From: an uncultured delta proteobacterium
Lineage (GTDB): Bacteria > Desulfobacterota > Desulfobacteria > Desulfobacterales > SpSt-501
DNA length: 64,000 nt
Direction: 5' to 3'
NCBI GenBank assembly: GCA_963828345.1
Contig: CAWHEZ010000043.1
Coordinates: 7,918-71,917, forward strand
Part shown: one piece after another, positions 1 through 8,093 of the stretch
Numbering within the stretch: position 1 is the stretch's first letter
Layout: the number at the start of each line of letters is the position of its first letter
Position numbers and translations under genes: made by a program
Notes under the pieces: generated by a model
Seen by the model: only the letters and a program-made list of their open reading frames with translations
The model's database searches: none
What the model was told of the DNA's origin: nothing

Positions 1-361
1 GACGGCGCAGGCCGAGCAAACCACCCCCGGCGTGGTCTTCACCCCGCTGGTCGACATCTTCGAAACCGAGAAGACCATTACGCTGCTGGCGGACCTCCCG
101 GGCGTGAAGGCCGACAGGCTCAACATCGACCTGCGCGACAACGTCATCACCATCATCGGCGACATCAGCCCCGTGGAGGGCAAGGACGAGGAGGATCTCG
201 TGGTCGAGTACGAGACCGGCCGGTACTATCGCCAGTTCACGCTGTCCGAGGTGATCGACCAGAACAAGATCGACGCCAAGCTGGCGGACGGGGTGCTGAG
301 GCTGACGCTGCCGAAGGTCGAGAAGGCGACTCCGCGCAAGATCGCGATCAAAGCCGCCTGA
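1..361 (+). CDS. Hsp20/alpha-crystallin family small heat-shock protein, 5' end outside window
   Basis: The frame of ORF 32..361 stays open back to base 2 (..TAQAEQTTPGVVFTPLVDIFETEK..). It shows the alpha-crystallin pattern (P-VDI-ET, DLPGV, GVLRLTLPK). The N-terminus probably lies left of the window. Confidence 0.8.
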   Translation, partial: TAQAEQTTPGVVFTPLVDIFETEKTITLLADLPGVKADRLNIDLRDNVITIIGDISPVEGKDEEDLVVEYETGRYYRQFTLSEVIDQNKIDAKLADGVLRLTLPKVEKATPRKIAIKAA

Positions 362-394
362 AGCGGGCGTCCCAACCGAGGGTCATTCCAAATT

Positions 395-433
395 CCCCGC
401 ACGGGCCGCAGCCGAGCTGCGTCCCGTGCGGGG
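395..433. terminator. GC-rich hairpin between convergent gene ends (candidate bidirectional terminator)
   Basis: Perfect 11-bp stem CCCCGCACGGG / CCCGTGCGGGG with a 17-nt loop, between the hsp20 stop (361) and the regulator stop (439). There is no U-tract, so the function is inferred. Confidence 0.35.
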
Positions 434-438
434 GGCGC

Positions 439-1596
439 TCAGTGCATCTTCGAGATCTCGCCGGCCGTGCGGATTTCGGCCGGAAGGTCGCCGATCTCGA
501 TCACCAGCTCCACCCCCAGGGCGAAGGCGCGCTCGATCACGTTCTCCAGCTGGATCACGTTGCCCGGCCAGCCGTACCCGAAAAGGTAGTCCATGGCGTC
601 GGGGGCGACCGAGTAGACCTTCCTGACGCTGCGGGCGTTGAACTGCTGCAGGAAGTGGTTGATCAGCAGGCAGAGGTCTTCCTTGCGCTCGCGCAGGGGC
701 GGCATGTGGATGACCGCCTCGCCGAGCAGCGCGTGCAGCTCCCTGGCCAGCAGCCCTTTGGCGAGCGCCTCCTTCACGACCCGGTTCGTCGCGGCGATGA
801 TCCGCGGCGCCCGGCGCGTGCCGGTGCGCGCGGCCTCGCGCAATTCCCCGCCGATGGCGGCCAGGTGCGCCTGGGCCTCGGCGGGCAGCTCGCAGATGTC
901 GTCCAGGAAGAGCGTGCCCTCGCCGGCGCTCTGAACCAGCTCGCGCAGCCGGTCCGGCTGCCCGGCCGGCGCGATCCCTTTCACCAGGCCCTGGCACGCG
1001 GCCGGCACGAAGGGGCTCTGCGCGCGGGAGCCGGTGCGGTGGATGACGTGGGCCGCCAGCTCCTTGCCCGTGCCGCTCTCGCCCTCGATCAGCACGTGAG
1101 GGGCGCTCGCCTGCATGCGGTCGATCACGTCGTAGATCTCCTGCATCCTCGGGCTGATCCCCACCAGCCCGCCGTACCGGTGGCGGTCCTTCACCCGCGA
1201 TTTCAGGACGATCCGTTCCTGCTTGAGGTTCTTCTCCTCGACGATGCGGTCGATGATGATCTTGAGGACGTTGAGCTTGAAGGGTTTCTGCAGGTAGTCG
1301 TAGCTGCCGAACTTCATCGCCTGGATCGCAGACTCCATCGAGCCGTGCCCCGTGACGATGATCACCTCGGTCTCCGGCCGGTACTCCTTGATGGCGGACA
1401 ACAGCTCCAGGCCGTCGATGTCCGGCATCTTGATGTCCGTGAAGACGATCTCGAAGGGGTGGTCCTTGATCATCTGCAGGGCCTTGACGCCGTTGTCCAC
1501 CACCTCGACCCGGTAGCCCACCTCGGACAGGTACTCGTGCACCATGTCGAGGATCATCCGGTCGTCGTCCACGAAGAGAATTCCTGAACCGTTCAT
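439..1596 (-). CDS. Response-regulator receiver fused to a degenerate sigma-54-type AAA+ domain (no GAFTGA loop, no DNA-binding HTH)
   Basis: REC motifs are present (VDDD, TDIKMPDIDG, VTGHG, QKPF). So are Walker A GESGTGKE, Walker B TLFLDD and PPLRERKED. The ESELFGH..GAFTGA segment is missing, and the protein ends right after the AAA+ lid. RBS GGAGGTGA lies upstream of the ATG at 1596. Confidence 0.85.
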   Translation of the reverse strand: MNGSGILFVDDDRMILDMVHEYLSEVGYRVEVVDNGVKALQMIKDHPFEIVFTDIKMPDIDGLELLSAIKEYRPETEVIIVTGHGSMESAIQAMKFGSYDYLQKPFKLNVLKIIIDRIVEEKNLKQERIVLKSRVKDRHRYGGLVGISPRMQEIYDVIDRMQASAPHVLIEGESGTGKELAAHVIHRTGSRAQSPFVPAACQGLVKGIAPAGQPDRLRELVQSAGEGTLFLDDICELPAEAQAHLAAIGGELREAARTGTRRAPRIIAATNRVVKEALAKGLLARELHALLGEAVIHMPPLRERKEDLCLLINHFLQQFNARSVRKVYSVAPDAMDYLFGYGWPGNVIQLENVIERAFALGVELVIEIGDLPAEIRTAGEISKMH

Positions 1597-1634
1597 CCGT
1601 CACCTCCGGGAGAGCAGGCGGCCCCCATGCAGGG

Positions 1635-2675
1635 TCAGCGCTTGGCCTCGGGCCGCTCGTCCAGGTTGTACCGCTTGATCTTCTCGACCAGGGTGGTGCG
1701 CTTCATCTGCAGCAGGTCGGCCGCGCGGTTCTTGACCCACCCGGCGCGTTCGAGGGCGCTCCGGATAAGGGCCTTCTCGAACTCCGCGACCGCGGTCTGG
1801 AAGGAGATGCCCTCCTCCGGCCCGGTCTTGCCCCGCGGCCGCTCGCGGGGTTCGTGATCCCGCCGGACGCTCTCGGGCAGGTCCTCCGCGGAGAGCAGCT
1901 CGCCCTCCTTCAGGACCACGACACGCTCGATCAGGTTTTTCAGCTCGCGAACGTTGCCGTGCCAGGGGTAGGCCACCAGCCGCTGCAGGGCGTCTTCCGC
2001 AACCCGCATCACCGGCCGCCCGTTCTTGCGTGCGAACTCCTCGAGGAAGTGAGCGACCAGGAAGGGGATGTCGCCCTTGCGTTCGCGCAGCGCGGGCAGC
2101 AGGATCGGGATCACGTGCAGCCGGTAGAAGAGGTCCTCCCGGAAGCTCCCCTTCTGCACCTCCTCCTCCAGGTCGCGGTGGGTGGCCGCGATGATGCGCG
2201 CGTCCACCTTGATGGTCTCCCGGCCGCCGACCCGCTCGAACTCGCCCTCCTCCAGCACCCGCAGGACCTTCACCTGCAGGTCGGGGTTCATGTCGCCGAT
2301 CTCGTCCAGGAAGATGGTCCCGCCGTGGGCCATCTCGAACTTGCCCGGCGTGTCGGCCACTGCGCCGGTGAAGGCCCCGCGGCGGTAGCCGAAGAACTCG
2401 CTCTCCAGGAGCCCCTCGGGCGTCGCCCCGCAGTTGATCTGGATCAACGGCTTGGCCCGGCGCGGCGAGCACTCGTGGATGGCCCGCGCGATCAGGCCCT
2501 TGCCCGTGCCGGTCTCGCCGTTGAGCATGATGGTCGTGTCGCTGGCGGCCACCTTCTCCACGATGCCGAAGATCTTCCGCATGGATGGGCTCTGGCCGAT
2601 GATGCCGTCGAACGCGCTCTGGCAGGGGGATCCGATCGGGATGATGTTGCCTTTGGGCAGGGGGGACCCGGTCAT
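1635..2675 (-). CDS. Sigma-54-dependent transcriptional activator, sensor-less (AAA+ plus Fis-type HTH only)
   Basis: Walker A GETGTGKG, intact [24 protein letters not shown], and a C-terminal HTH ([21 protein letters not shown]). Only about 25 aa precede the AAA+ core. I prefer the ATG at 2675 (MTGSPLP..) over the ORF start at 2753. Confidence 0.85.
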   Translation of the reverse strand: MTGSPLPKGNIIPIGSPCQSAFDGIIGQSPSMRKIFGIVEKVAASDTTIMLNGETGTGKGLIARAIHECSPRRAKPLIQINCGATPEGLLESEFFGYRRGAFTGAVADTPGKFEMAHGGTIFLDEIGDMNPDLQVKVLRVLEEGEFERVGGRETIKVDARIIAATHRDLEEEVQKGSFREDLFYRLHVIPILLPALRERKGDIPFLVAHFLEEFARKNGRPVMRVAEDALQRLVAYPWHGNVRELKNLIERVVVLKEGELLSAEDLPESVRRDHEPRERPRGKTGPEEGISFQTAVAEFEKALIRSALERAGWVKNRAADLLQMKRTTLVEKIKRYNLDERPEAKR

Positions 2676-2767
2676 GGGCGTCCTTCTGCGGGCGCAGACC
2701 CGCTGTGGCTTTTCACGGTTTTTTCTGATACCAGCTTTCGGTGCAAATCGCAAATGGATGCCGCTGA

Positions 2768-5119
2768 ATGAAGCCTGAACTGCACATCGGGGTGCGCGAC
2801 CTGGTCGAGTTCGTCCTGCGTCGCGGCGACCTGAAGCACGAATTCGCCGGGTCCTCCCGGGCCGTGGACGCCGTGCGTCTGCACCAGCGCATCCAGTACT
2901 CCCGCCCCGAGAGCTATCTCCCGGAGGTCGCGGTCAGCCGCGAGATCGACACCCCCGATGTGAGGCTCACGATCGGGGGGCGGATCGACGGGGTGATCGC
3001 GGGGGTGATCCCCGTCGTCGAGGAGATCAAGACGACCCGGCGCGACCCGGCCGAGGCGATCGCGGAGGAGAACGCCCTGCACTGGGGCCAGGCCAAGGCG
3101 TACGCGTTCCTCTATGCGACCGCGCACGGCCTCGACCCGATCGGCGTCCAGCTGACCTATGCCCGCCTCGACACGGGGCGGATGCGCGAGGTCCGGCGCA
3201 CCTTTGCGCTCGCCGAGATCCGGGTCTTCTTCGACGACCTGGTCGGCCGCTACCTCGAGTGGGCCCGGCGGCTCATCGGCTGGCGCCTGCAGCGCGACGA
3301 CTCCATCCGCCGGCTCGAGTTCCCCTACCCCGCCTACCGGCCGGGGCAGCGGGAGATGATCGATGCCGTGGAACGCACCCTCCACTCCGCCGGGCGCAGC
3401 TTCATCCAGGCCGCGACCGGGATCGGCAAGACCATGGCGGTCCTGCTCCCGGCCGTGAGGTCGATCGCCGCGCAGGTGTCCGAAAAAGTCTTCTACCTCA
3501 CCGCCCGCAACACCGGCCGCCTCGCGGCGGAGACGGCCGTCGACGAGCTGAGGGCGCGGGGGCTCAGGCTCAAGAGCCTGTCGCTCACGGCCAAGGAGAA
3601 GGTCTGCGCCCACCCGGGCCGCGCCTGCACCCCGGAGGAGTGCGACGTCGCGCGCGGGCACTACGACCGGCTGCCGGACGCCCGCCGAGCGGCGTTCGAG
3701 CTGGACGCATGGACCCGCGAAACCGTGGCGGACGTCGCCCGCCGCTTCGCGGTCTGCCCGTTCGAATTCGCGCTCGAGCTCTCGACCTGGGCCGACCTGA
3801 TCGTCTGCGACTACAACTACGCGTTCGACCCGAGCGCCTACCTGCGCCGCTTCTTCGGCGACGAGCCGGGGGACTACGCCTTCCTCGTGGACGAGGCCCA
3901 CAACCTGGTCGACCGCGCGCGGGAGATGTTCTCCGCCGAGCTGCGCCGGCAGCCCGTCCTGGAGCTGCGGCGCACGGTGAAGACCGCGCTGCCCGCCGTC
4001 TACCGGGCCCTCGGCCGGGTCAACCGCTGGATGCTCGCCGCGCACACGCGCTGCGCGGACGCCGGCGCGCCCGTGGCCGACCGCGAAGCGCCCGAAGACC
4101 TGTACCCGCTGCTGCAGGAGTTTCTCGCCGCGGCCGAGGCGTGGCTCGAGCGCAACGCGCCGGCCCCGTTCCGGGAGGCGCTGCTCGAGCGCTACTTCGA
4201 GGCGGGGGCCTTCCTGCGCGTGTCCGAACGCTTCGACCGGGCCTATGCGGCCTGCTACGAAGCCGCGGGCAAGGACGTGCGCGTGCGGCTCTTCTGCATC
4301 GACCCGTCGCGGCAGCTGGCCGACGCCCTGGCTCGCGGCCGCGCGGCGGTGTTCTTCTCGGCGACGCTCGCGCCGTTCGATTACTTCAAAACCCTCCTGG
4401 CCGGGGACTCGGCCGAGACCCTGGTCCTGCCCTCGCCGTTCCCGCCCGAGAACCTGGGCATTTTCATCGCCGACCGGGTCTCCACCTACTACCGTCACCG
4501 CGACCGCACGCGGGCCGAGATCGCCCGCCTCGCGCTGGACTTCGTGCGGCCGCAGGGGGGCAACTACCTGCTCTTCTTCCCGTCCTACGCCTACCTGCGC
4601 ATGGTGCTCGAGGAATTCCGCACGCACGCGCCGCAGGTCGAGGTCGTCGTCCAGGAGTCCGGCATGAGCGAGCGGGAGCGCGAGGCCTTCCTGGCCCGCT
4701 TCGACGCCGACAACCCGCGCACGCTTGTGGGGTTCGCGGTCATGGGCGGGATCTTCGGCGAGGGCATCGACCTGGTCGGCGACCGGCTGAGCGGCGCGGG
4801 CATCGTCGGGGTCGGGCTCCCGGGCGTCTGCCTGGAACGGGAGCTGATCCGCACCTACTTCGACGAACACATCGAGCAGGGGTTCGAATACGCCTACATG
4901 TACCCCGGCATCAACCGCGTGCTGCAGGCGGCCGGCCGCGTCATCCGCTCCGATGACGACCGCGGGGTCGTGCTCCTGATCGATCAGCGCTACCGGGGCG
5001 ACGCCTACCGCCGCCTGCTGCCCGAGGGCTGGCGCCCGGCGACCGTCCGCGACGGCGCGACCTTGTCCGCGGGCCTGGAGTCGTTCTGGCGCCCCGGGCG
5101 ACCCTCCGCCCCGGTCTGA
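2768..5119 (+). CDS. DinG/XPD (Rad3)-family ATP-dependent DNA helicase with an N-terminal PD-(D/E)XK (RecB/Cas4-like) nuclease domain
   Basis: The N-terminal ~140 aa carry GRIDGV...VEEIKT...QAKAYAFLY (D / ExK / QxxxY). The helicase part has Walker A ATGIGKT, DEAH box VDEAHNL, and four Cys (VCAHPGRACTPEEC...AVCPFE) typical of the XPD Fe-S domain. Helicase C motifs are present (GIFGEGID, QAAGRVIRS). Confidence 0.85.
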   Translation: MKPELHIGVRDLVEFVLRRGDLKHEFAGSSRAVDAVRLHQRIQYSRPESYLPEVAVSREIDTPDVRLTIGGRIDGVIAGVIPVVEEIKTTRRDPAEAIAEENALHWGQAKAYAFLYATAHGLDPIGVQLTYARLDTGRMREVRRTFALAEIRVFFDDLVGRYLEWARRLIGWRLQRDDSIRRLEFPYPAYRPGQREMIDAVERTLHSAGRSFIQAATGIGKTMAVLLPAVRSIAAQVSEKVFYLTARNTGRLAAETAVDELRARGLRLKSLSLTAKEKVCAHPGRACTPEECDVARGHYDRLPDARRAAFELDAWTRETVADVARRFAVCPFEFALELSTWADLIVCDYNYAFDPSAYLRRFFGDEPGDYAFLVDEAHNLVDRAREMFSAELRRQPVLELRRTVKTALPAVYRALGRVNRWMLAAHTRCADAGAPVADREAPEDLYPLLQEFLAAAEAWLERNAPAPFREALLERYFEAGAFLRVSERFDRAYAACYEAAGKDVRVRLFCIDPSRQLADALARGRAAVFFSATLAPFDYFKTLLAGDSAETLVLPSPFPPENLGIFIADRVSTYYRHRDRTRAEIARLALDFVRPQGGNYLLFFPSYAYLRMVLEEFRTHAPQVEVVVQESGMSEREREAFLARFDADNPRTLVGFAVMGGIFGEGIDLVGDRLSGAGIVGVGLPGVCLERELIRTYFDEHIEQGFEYAYMYPGINRVLQAAGRVIRSDDDRGVVLLIDQRYRGDAYRRLLPEGWRPATVRDGATLSAGLESFWRPGRPSAPV

Positions 5120-5249
5120 CCGAGGCACGGGCGGGAACGCCCGCGCGGGGGAATCGAGAGCGCCCACAAATTGACTTCCTGAAGCAACCCGTATAGGTAT
5201 GCAGCCGTTCCACCGCCACAGAAACCGCAACACGAGTGGAGGCCGACCG

Positions 5250-5760
5250 ATGTGGACGATCGTTCCGGCAATGGTGGCCGTGCTGATGGTTTTCCCGGTT
5301 TCGGGGGTCTACGCCCAGGGCAAGGTCTACACCTGGACCGACGCGCGGGGAAACGTGCACATCACGGACACGGAACCCCCGGCCCAGGCCCGGGTGACGG
5401 ATGTGGTCGAGGACCCCGTCTCCGTCGATGCCGGGCAGCAGCGGCCGGAGCCTAAAGATCCCGTATGGCGAGCGGACTCGACGCGAGCAAGCCGAGGCGG
5501 CGGGGCAGCGGGCCATGGAAGCCGAACGCGAGGCGCAGGAGGCCGTGCGGCGCGCGGACGAACAGAGCCGCTACGCCATCGAGTACCGCAAGCGCTACAG
5601 CAACACCTCCGAGCGCCGGGAAAACTTCAAGTACAAGATCCGCGCGGAAGAGGAGAAGGCGGAAGCGCTGCGCCTGGAGGCGTTGAAAGCCATCGACCGG
5701 GCCCGCTCGGCTTCGGAGGAGGCCCGGCCCGGCCTCGCACCGCAGCCGCCCAAACCGTAG
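5250..5760 (+). pseudogene. DUF4124-like secreted protein with coiled-coil C-terminus, reading frame broken near 5440-5470
   Basis: After RBS GGAGG, an ATG at 5250 gives a signal peptide plus KVYTWTDARGNVHITD in one frame. A plausible Glu/Arg/Ala-rich coiled coil (..RREQAEAAGQRAMEAEREAQE..KYKIRAEEEKAEALRLEAL..) is in the +1 frame and ends at 5760. Each frame reads as low-complexity junk where the other looks real. Confidence 0.55.
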
Positions 5761-5771
5761 GGCTGGCGGTA

Positions 5772-5863
5772 GGGGTGTGTTGGGTGCCGGGTGTTTGGTT
5801 TTCGTGATGAGCGGGGGCTTGCCTCTTTTCCCTTTGAACCCTTGACCCCTCGATCCCTTCAAC
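5772..5863. repeat. Composite word array: GGTGTTTGG-type words (5772-5802) plus CCCTTGA/CCCCTCGA-type words (5830-5863)
   Basis: Read directly: ggggtgtgttgggtgccgggtgtttggtttt ... ccctttgaacccttgacccctcgatcccttcaac. The two blocks are not complementary to each other. It fills the spacer between stop 5760 and the ATG at 5871. Confidence 0.7.
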
Positions 5864-5870
5864 ACGACCT

Positions 5871-6761
5871 ATGATCAGCGTATACCGAGACTGGTTTCTG
5901 GCCGCGCGGCCCTGGTCCTTCACCATGACCGCCATCTCCGTCAGCGTCGGCGGCGCCCTCGCCGCCCTGGACGGCGCGTTCTCCTGGCCGCTCTATCTCC
6001 TGACGCTCGTCGGCACGGTGCTGATGCACGCGGCCAGCAACCTCATCAACGACTACGACGACGTGCGGCACGGGGTGGACGACCCCAGGGTGCCGACCGC
6101 CCGCTACCGGCCGCACCCGCTGATGGAAGGCCGGCTCACCCCCCGGCAGGTCCGGTTCACGGCCTACGCGCTCTACCTCTTCGCTGCCGCCATCGGCCTC
6201 TTTCTCGCGGCCACGCGGGGGACGGCCGTGCTGTGGCTGGGGATCGTCGGCACGGCTGCGGGAATCAGCTACACGGCCCCCCCGCTGAACTACAAGTACA
6301 AGGCCCTCGGGGAGTTTTCGGTGTTCCTGATGTGGGGCCCCCTCATGGTCTGCGGGGCGTACTACGTGCAGGCGCAGGCCGCCAGCAGCGACGCCCTGCT
6401 CGTCAGCATCCCCTTCGGGGTGCTGGTCGCCCTGGTGCTGCTCGCCAACAACATCCGCGACATCGCCTACGACGACGCCAAGGGGATCCTGACGCTGCCG
6501 ATTCTGCTCGGCCGCCGCCGCGGCGTCGGCCTCTACCTCGCGCTCATCGTCACGGCCTACGCGGCCGTGGCCGCCATGTCCGTCTTCGGCCCGCTCGAGC
6601 CCTGGTCGCTGATCGTGCTGCTGTCCGCGCCGCTCGCCGTCAAGCTCCTGCGGCAGATGGCGACCGATGTCCCGCTCGACGCGGACGCGCAGACCGCGAA
6701 GCTCGACACCGTCTTCGGCCTGCTCCTGGTCGCCTCGCTCGTGGCGGGAGTGTGGATGTGA
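5871..6761 (+). CDS. UbiA-family prenyltransferase, MenA-like (1,4-dihydroxy-2-naphthoate prenyltransferase-like)
   Basis: Polytopic membrane protein with the Asp-rich motif NLINDYDDVRHGVDD and a second DIxxD region (NNIRDIAYDD). Confidence 0.8.
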   Translation: MISVYRDWFLAARPWSFTMTAISVSVGGALAALDGAFSWPLYLLTLVGTVLMHAASNLINDYDDVRHGVDDPRVPTARYRPHPLMEGRLTPRQVRFTAYALYLFAAAIGLFLAATRGTAVLWLGIVGTAAGISYTAPPLNYKYKALGEFSVFLMWGPLMVCGAYYVQAQAASSDALLVSIPFGVLVALVLLANNIRDIAYDDAKGILTLPILLGRRRGVGLYLALIVTAYAAVAAMSVFGPLEPWSLIVLLSAPLAVKLLRQMATDVPLDADAQTAKLDTVFGLLLVASLVAGVWM

Positions 6762-7891
6762 GCGCGGCCCGCCCGCGGCCGGCGGCCATCGTCGGCACGG
6801 TCCTGCTCGCCTCCGGACTCTGGTGGATGACCTTCGCGCAGGAGCTGGCCTCGTTCTGGGTCAAGATTTCGATATCCGCATCGCTGCTGGCCGCGATCTC
6901 CCTGCTCCTGCGGCCGCCTCCGCGCGGCAGCTTCCGATGGGACGCACCGGCCCTCGCCTGGGGCCTGGCGTCCGCCGTCGTTCTTTACGGAATTTTCTGG
7001 GCGGGCAAGGCGGTCTCGACTGCGGCCTTCCCCTTCGCGGGCGGGCAGATCGGCAGCATCTACCACAAGGGGGACGGAACACCGCTCTGGACGATCGCCG
7101 TCCTGCTCTTCTGCGTCACCGGCCCGAGCGAGGAAATCTACTGGCGCGGGTTCCTGCAGCAGGCGCTGATGGACCGACTCGGGCGCTGGGGGGGCTGGGC
7201 CGCCGCGACCGCCCTCTACGCCGGCGTCCACATCTGGTCCTTCAACTTCATGCTCGTGGGCGCCGCCGCGGTGGCCGGCGCGTTCTGGGGCGCACTGTAC
7301 GCGCGCTGCGGCCGCCTGGCGCCCGTGATCGTCTCGCACTCCATCTGGAGCACCGTCATCTTCGCCGTTTTCCCGATGCGATAAGCTGCAGATAACAGCT
7401 GGATAGCTGATCGCGGTGGGCGAACGGCGGATCGCCCCCTCCCGCCGGCCCCTCCCGCTACGGGGAGGGGAGATGAGCTGCACCGCGGCCTTGATCGCCT
7501 CCAAGATCGGGCCCTGCAGGGTGCGCCACTTCGGCCGGATCGCCCCGCCTTCGGTCCACTCGAATTCCACCGCATCGTATTTTTCCGGGACGACCCGCTC
7601 CCCCTGCTGGCCGTAGATGCTCTGCGGGTAATGCTCGACGTACATCATGCGGCCGGGCGGGATGGCGAACTCCCGGCTGACGCAGGTGGCGACGTGCCCG
7701 GCGCAGCTGCGCACCGACATGCGGCTGCCGGGCACGTCCGAGACGAGGACGATCGTCGGCCGCAGGTGCGCGGCCTTCGCGCCGGGGGGTTCCGTGGAAA
7801 GGTCGTAGATCCGCAGGCGGCAGCGGCCGCTCGCAAGCTTCAGCCGCCCCCCGAACCCCGGCCAATCGTAGATGCCGTCGTGAATCAGCAT
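6557..7891 (-). CDS. Hypothetical protein; only the first ~145 codons (7891 down to ~7460) look coding, and the annotated stop is probably not the real one
   Basis: The N-terminal part (MLIHDGIYDWPGFGGRLKL...EFEWTEGGAIRPKWRTLQGPILEAIKAAVQ) has normal composition. The rest is Arg/Gly/Asp-rich antisense read-through of the CPBP and menA-like genes. A strong hairpin CCCCTCCC/GGGAGGGG sits at ~7446-7467, with an out-of-frame TAG at 7458-7460. Confidence 0.4.
   Translation of the reverse strand: MLIHDGIYDWPGFGGRLKLASGRCRLRIYDLSTEPPGAKAAHLRPTIVLVSDVPGSRMSVRSCAGHVATCVSREFAIPPGRMMYVEHYPQSIYGQQGERVVPEKYDAVEFEWTEGGAIRPKWRTLQGPILEAIKAAVQLISPPRSGRGRREGAIRRSPTAISYPAVICSLSHRENGEDDGAPDGVRDDHGRQAAAARVQCAPERAGHRGGAHEHEVEGPDVDAGVEGGRGGPAPPAPESVHQRLLQEPAPVDFLARAGDAEEQDGDRPERCSVPLVVDAADLPAREGEGRSRDRLARPENSVKNDGGRQAPGEGRCVPSEAAARRRPQEQGDRGQQRCGYRNLDPERGQLLREGHPPESGGEQDRADDGRRPRAGRAHIHTPATSEATRSRPKTVSSFAVCASASSGTSVAICRRSLTASGADSSTISDQGSSGPKTDMAATAA
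6758..7384 (+). CDS. CPBP-family intramembrane glutamic endopeptidase (CAAX protease-like)
   Basis: Motifs SEEIYWRGF, GVHIWSF and SHSIWS in a multi-TM protein. A GTG at 6758 overlaps the menA-like stop by 4 nt. The longer ORF start at 6233 lies inside the upstream gene. Confidence 0.8.
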   Translation: MSAARPRPAAIVGTVLLASGLWWMTFAQELASFWVKISISASLLAAISLLLRPPPRGSFRWDAPALAWGLASAVVLYGIFWAGKAVSTAAFPFAGGQIGSIYHKGDGTPLWTIAVLLFCVTGPSEEIYWRGFLQQALMDRLGRWGGWAAATALYAGVHIWSFNFMLVGAAAVAGAFWGALYARCGRLAPVIVSHSIWSTVIFAVFPMR

Positions 7892-7993
7892 GACGCCCTT
7901 TTCAGAACATGGAGAGGAACTGTCTTTTCCCCCAATCCCCCTCTCACAAGAGAGGAGAAACTCGGGTTGAATCGGCTGAGCCCAAAGCCCGAG

Positions 7994-8078
7994 TTCAAGG
8001 CGCGCAAGCCGTGCGGCCCGAGGCGTACTCCGGTACGCCGCAGGGCCCGCGCGGCGCCGCGCAACGCCGAAATCGGGC
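7994..8078. repeat. Copy A of an ~85-nt structured repeat (long interrupted hairpin 8008-8055)
   Basis: About 80% identical by my hand alignment (68/85) to the reverse complement of 43619-43704. The hairpin is GCCGTGC-GGCCC-ga-GGCGTAC-tccg-GTACGCC-gca-GGGCC-c-GCGCGGC. It lies just downstream, in minus-strand sense, of the cbbO-like stop. Confidence 0.7.
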
Positions 8079-8093
8079 TTTCGGCCCAGCCGA

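Noticed and set aside
7994-8078. The twice-occurring 85-nt element as a short conserved protein-coding segment (both copies translate in one frame to ..K.KAR....RRT.VRR.ARA..RNAEIG).
   Set aside because: The frames are extremely Arg-rich, and in the second copy the frame is only open as part of junk-like sequence. The substitutions are better explained by compensatory stem changes. The possibility is noted in the finding rather than called as a CDS.
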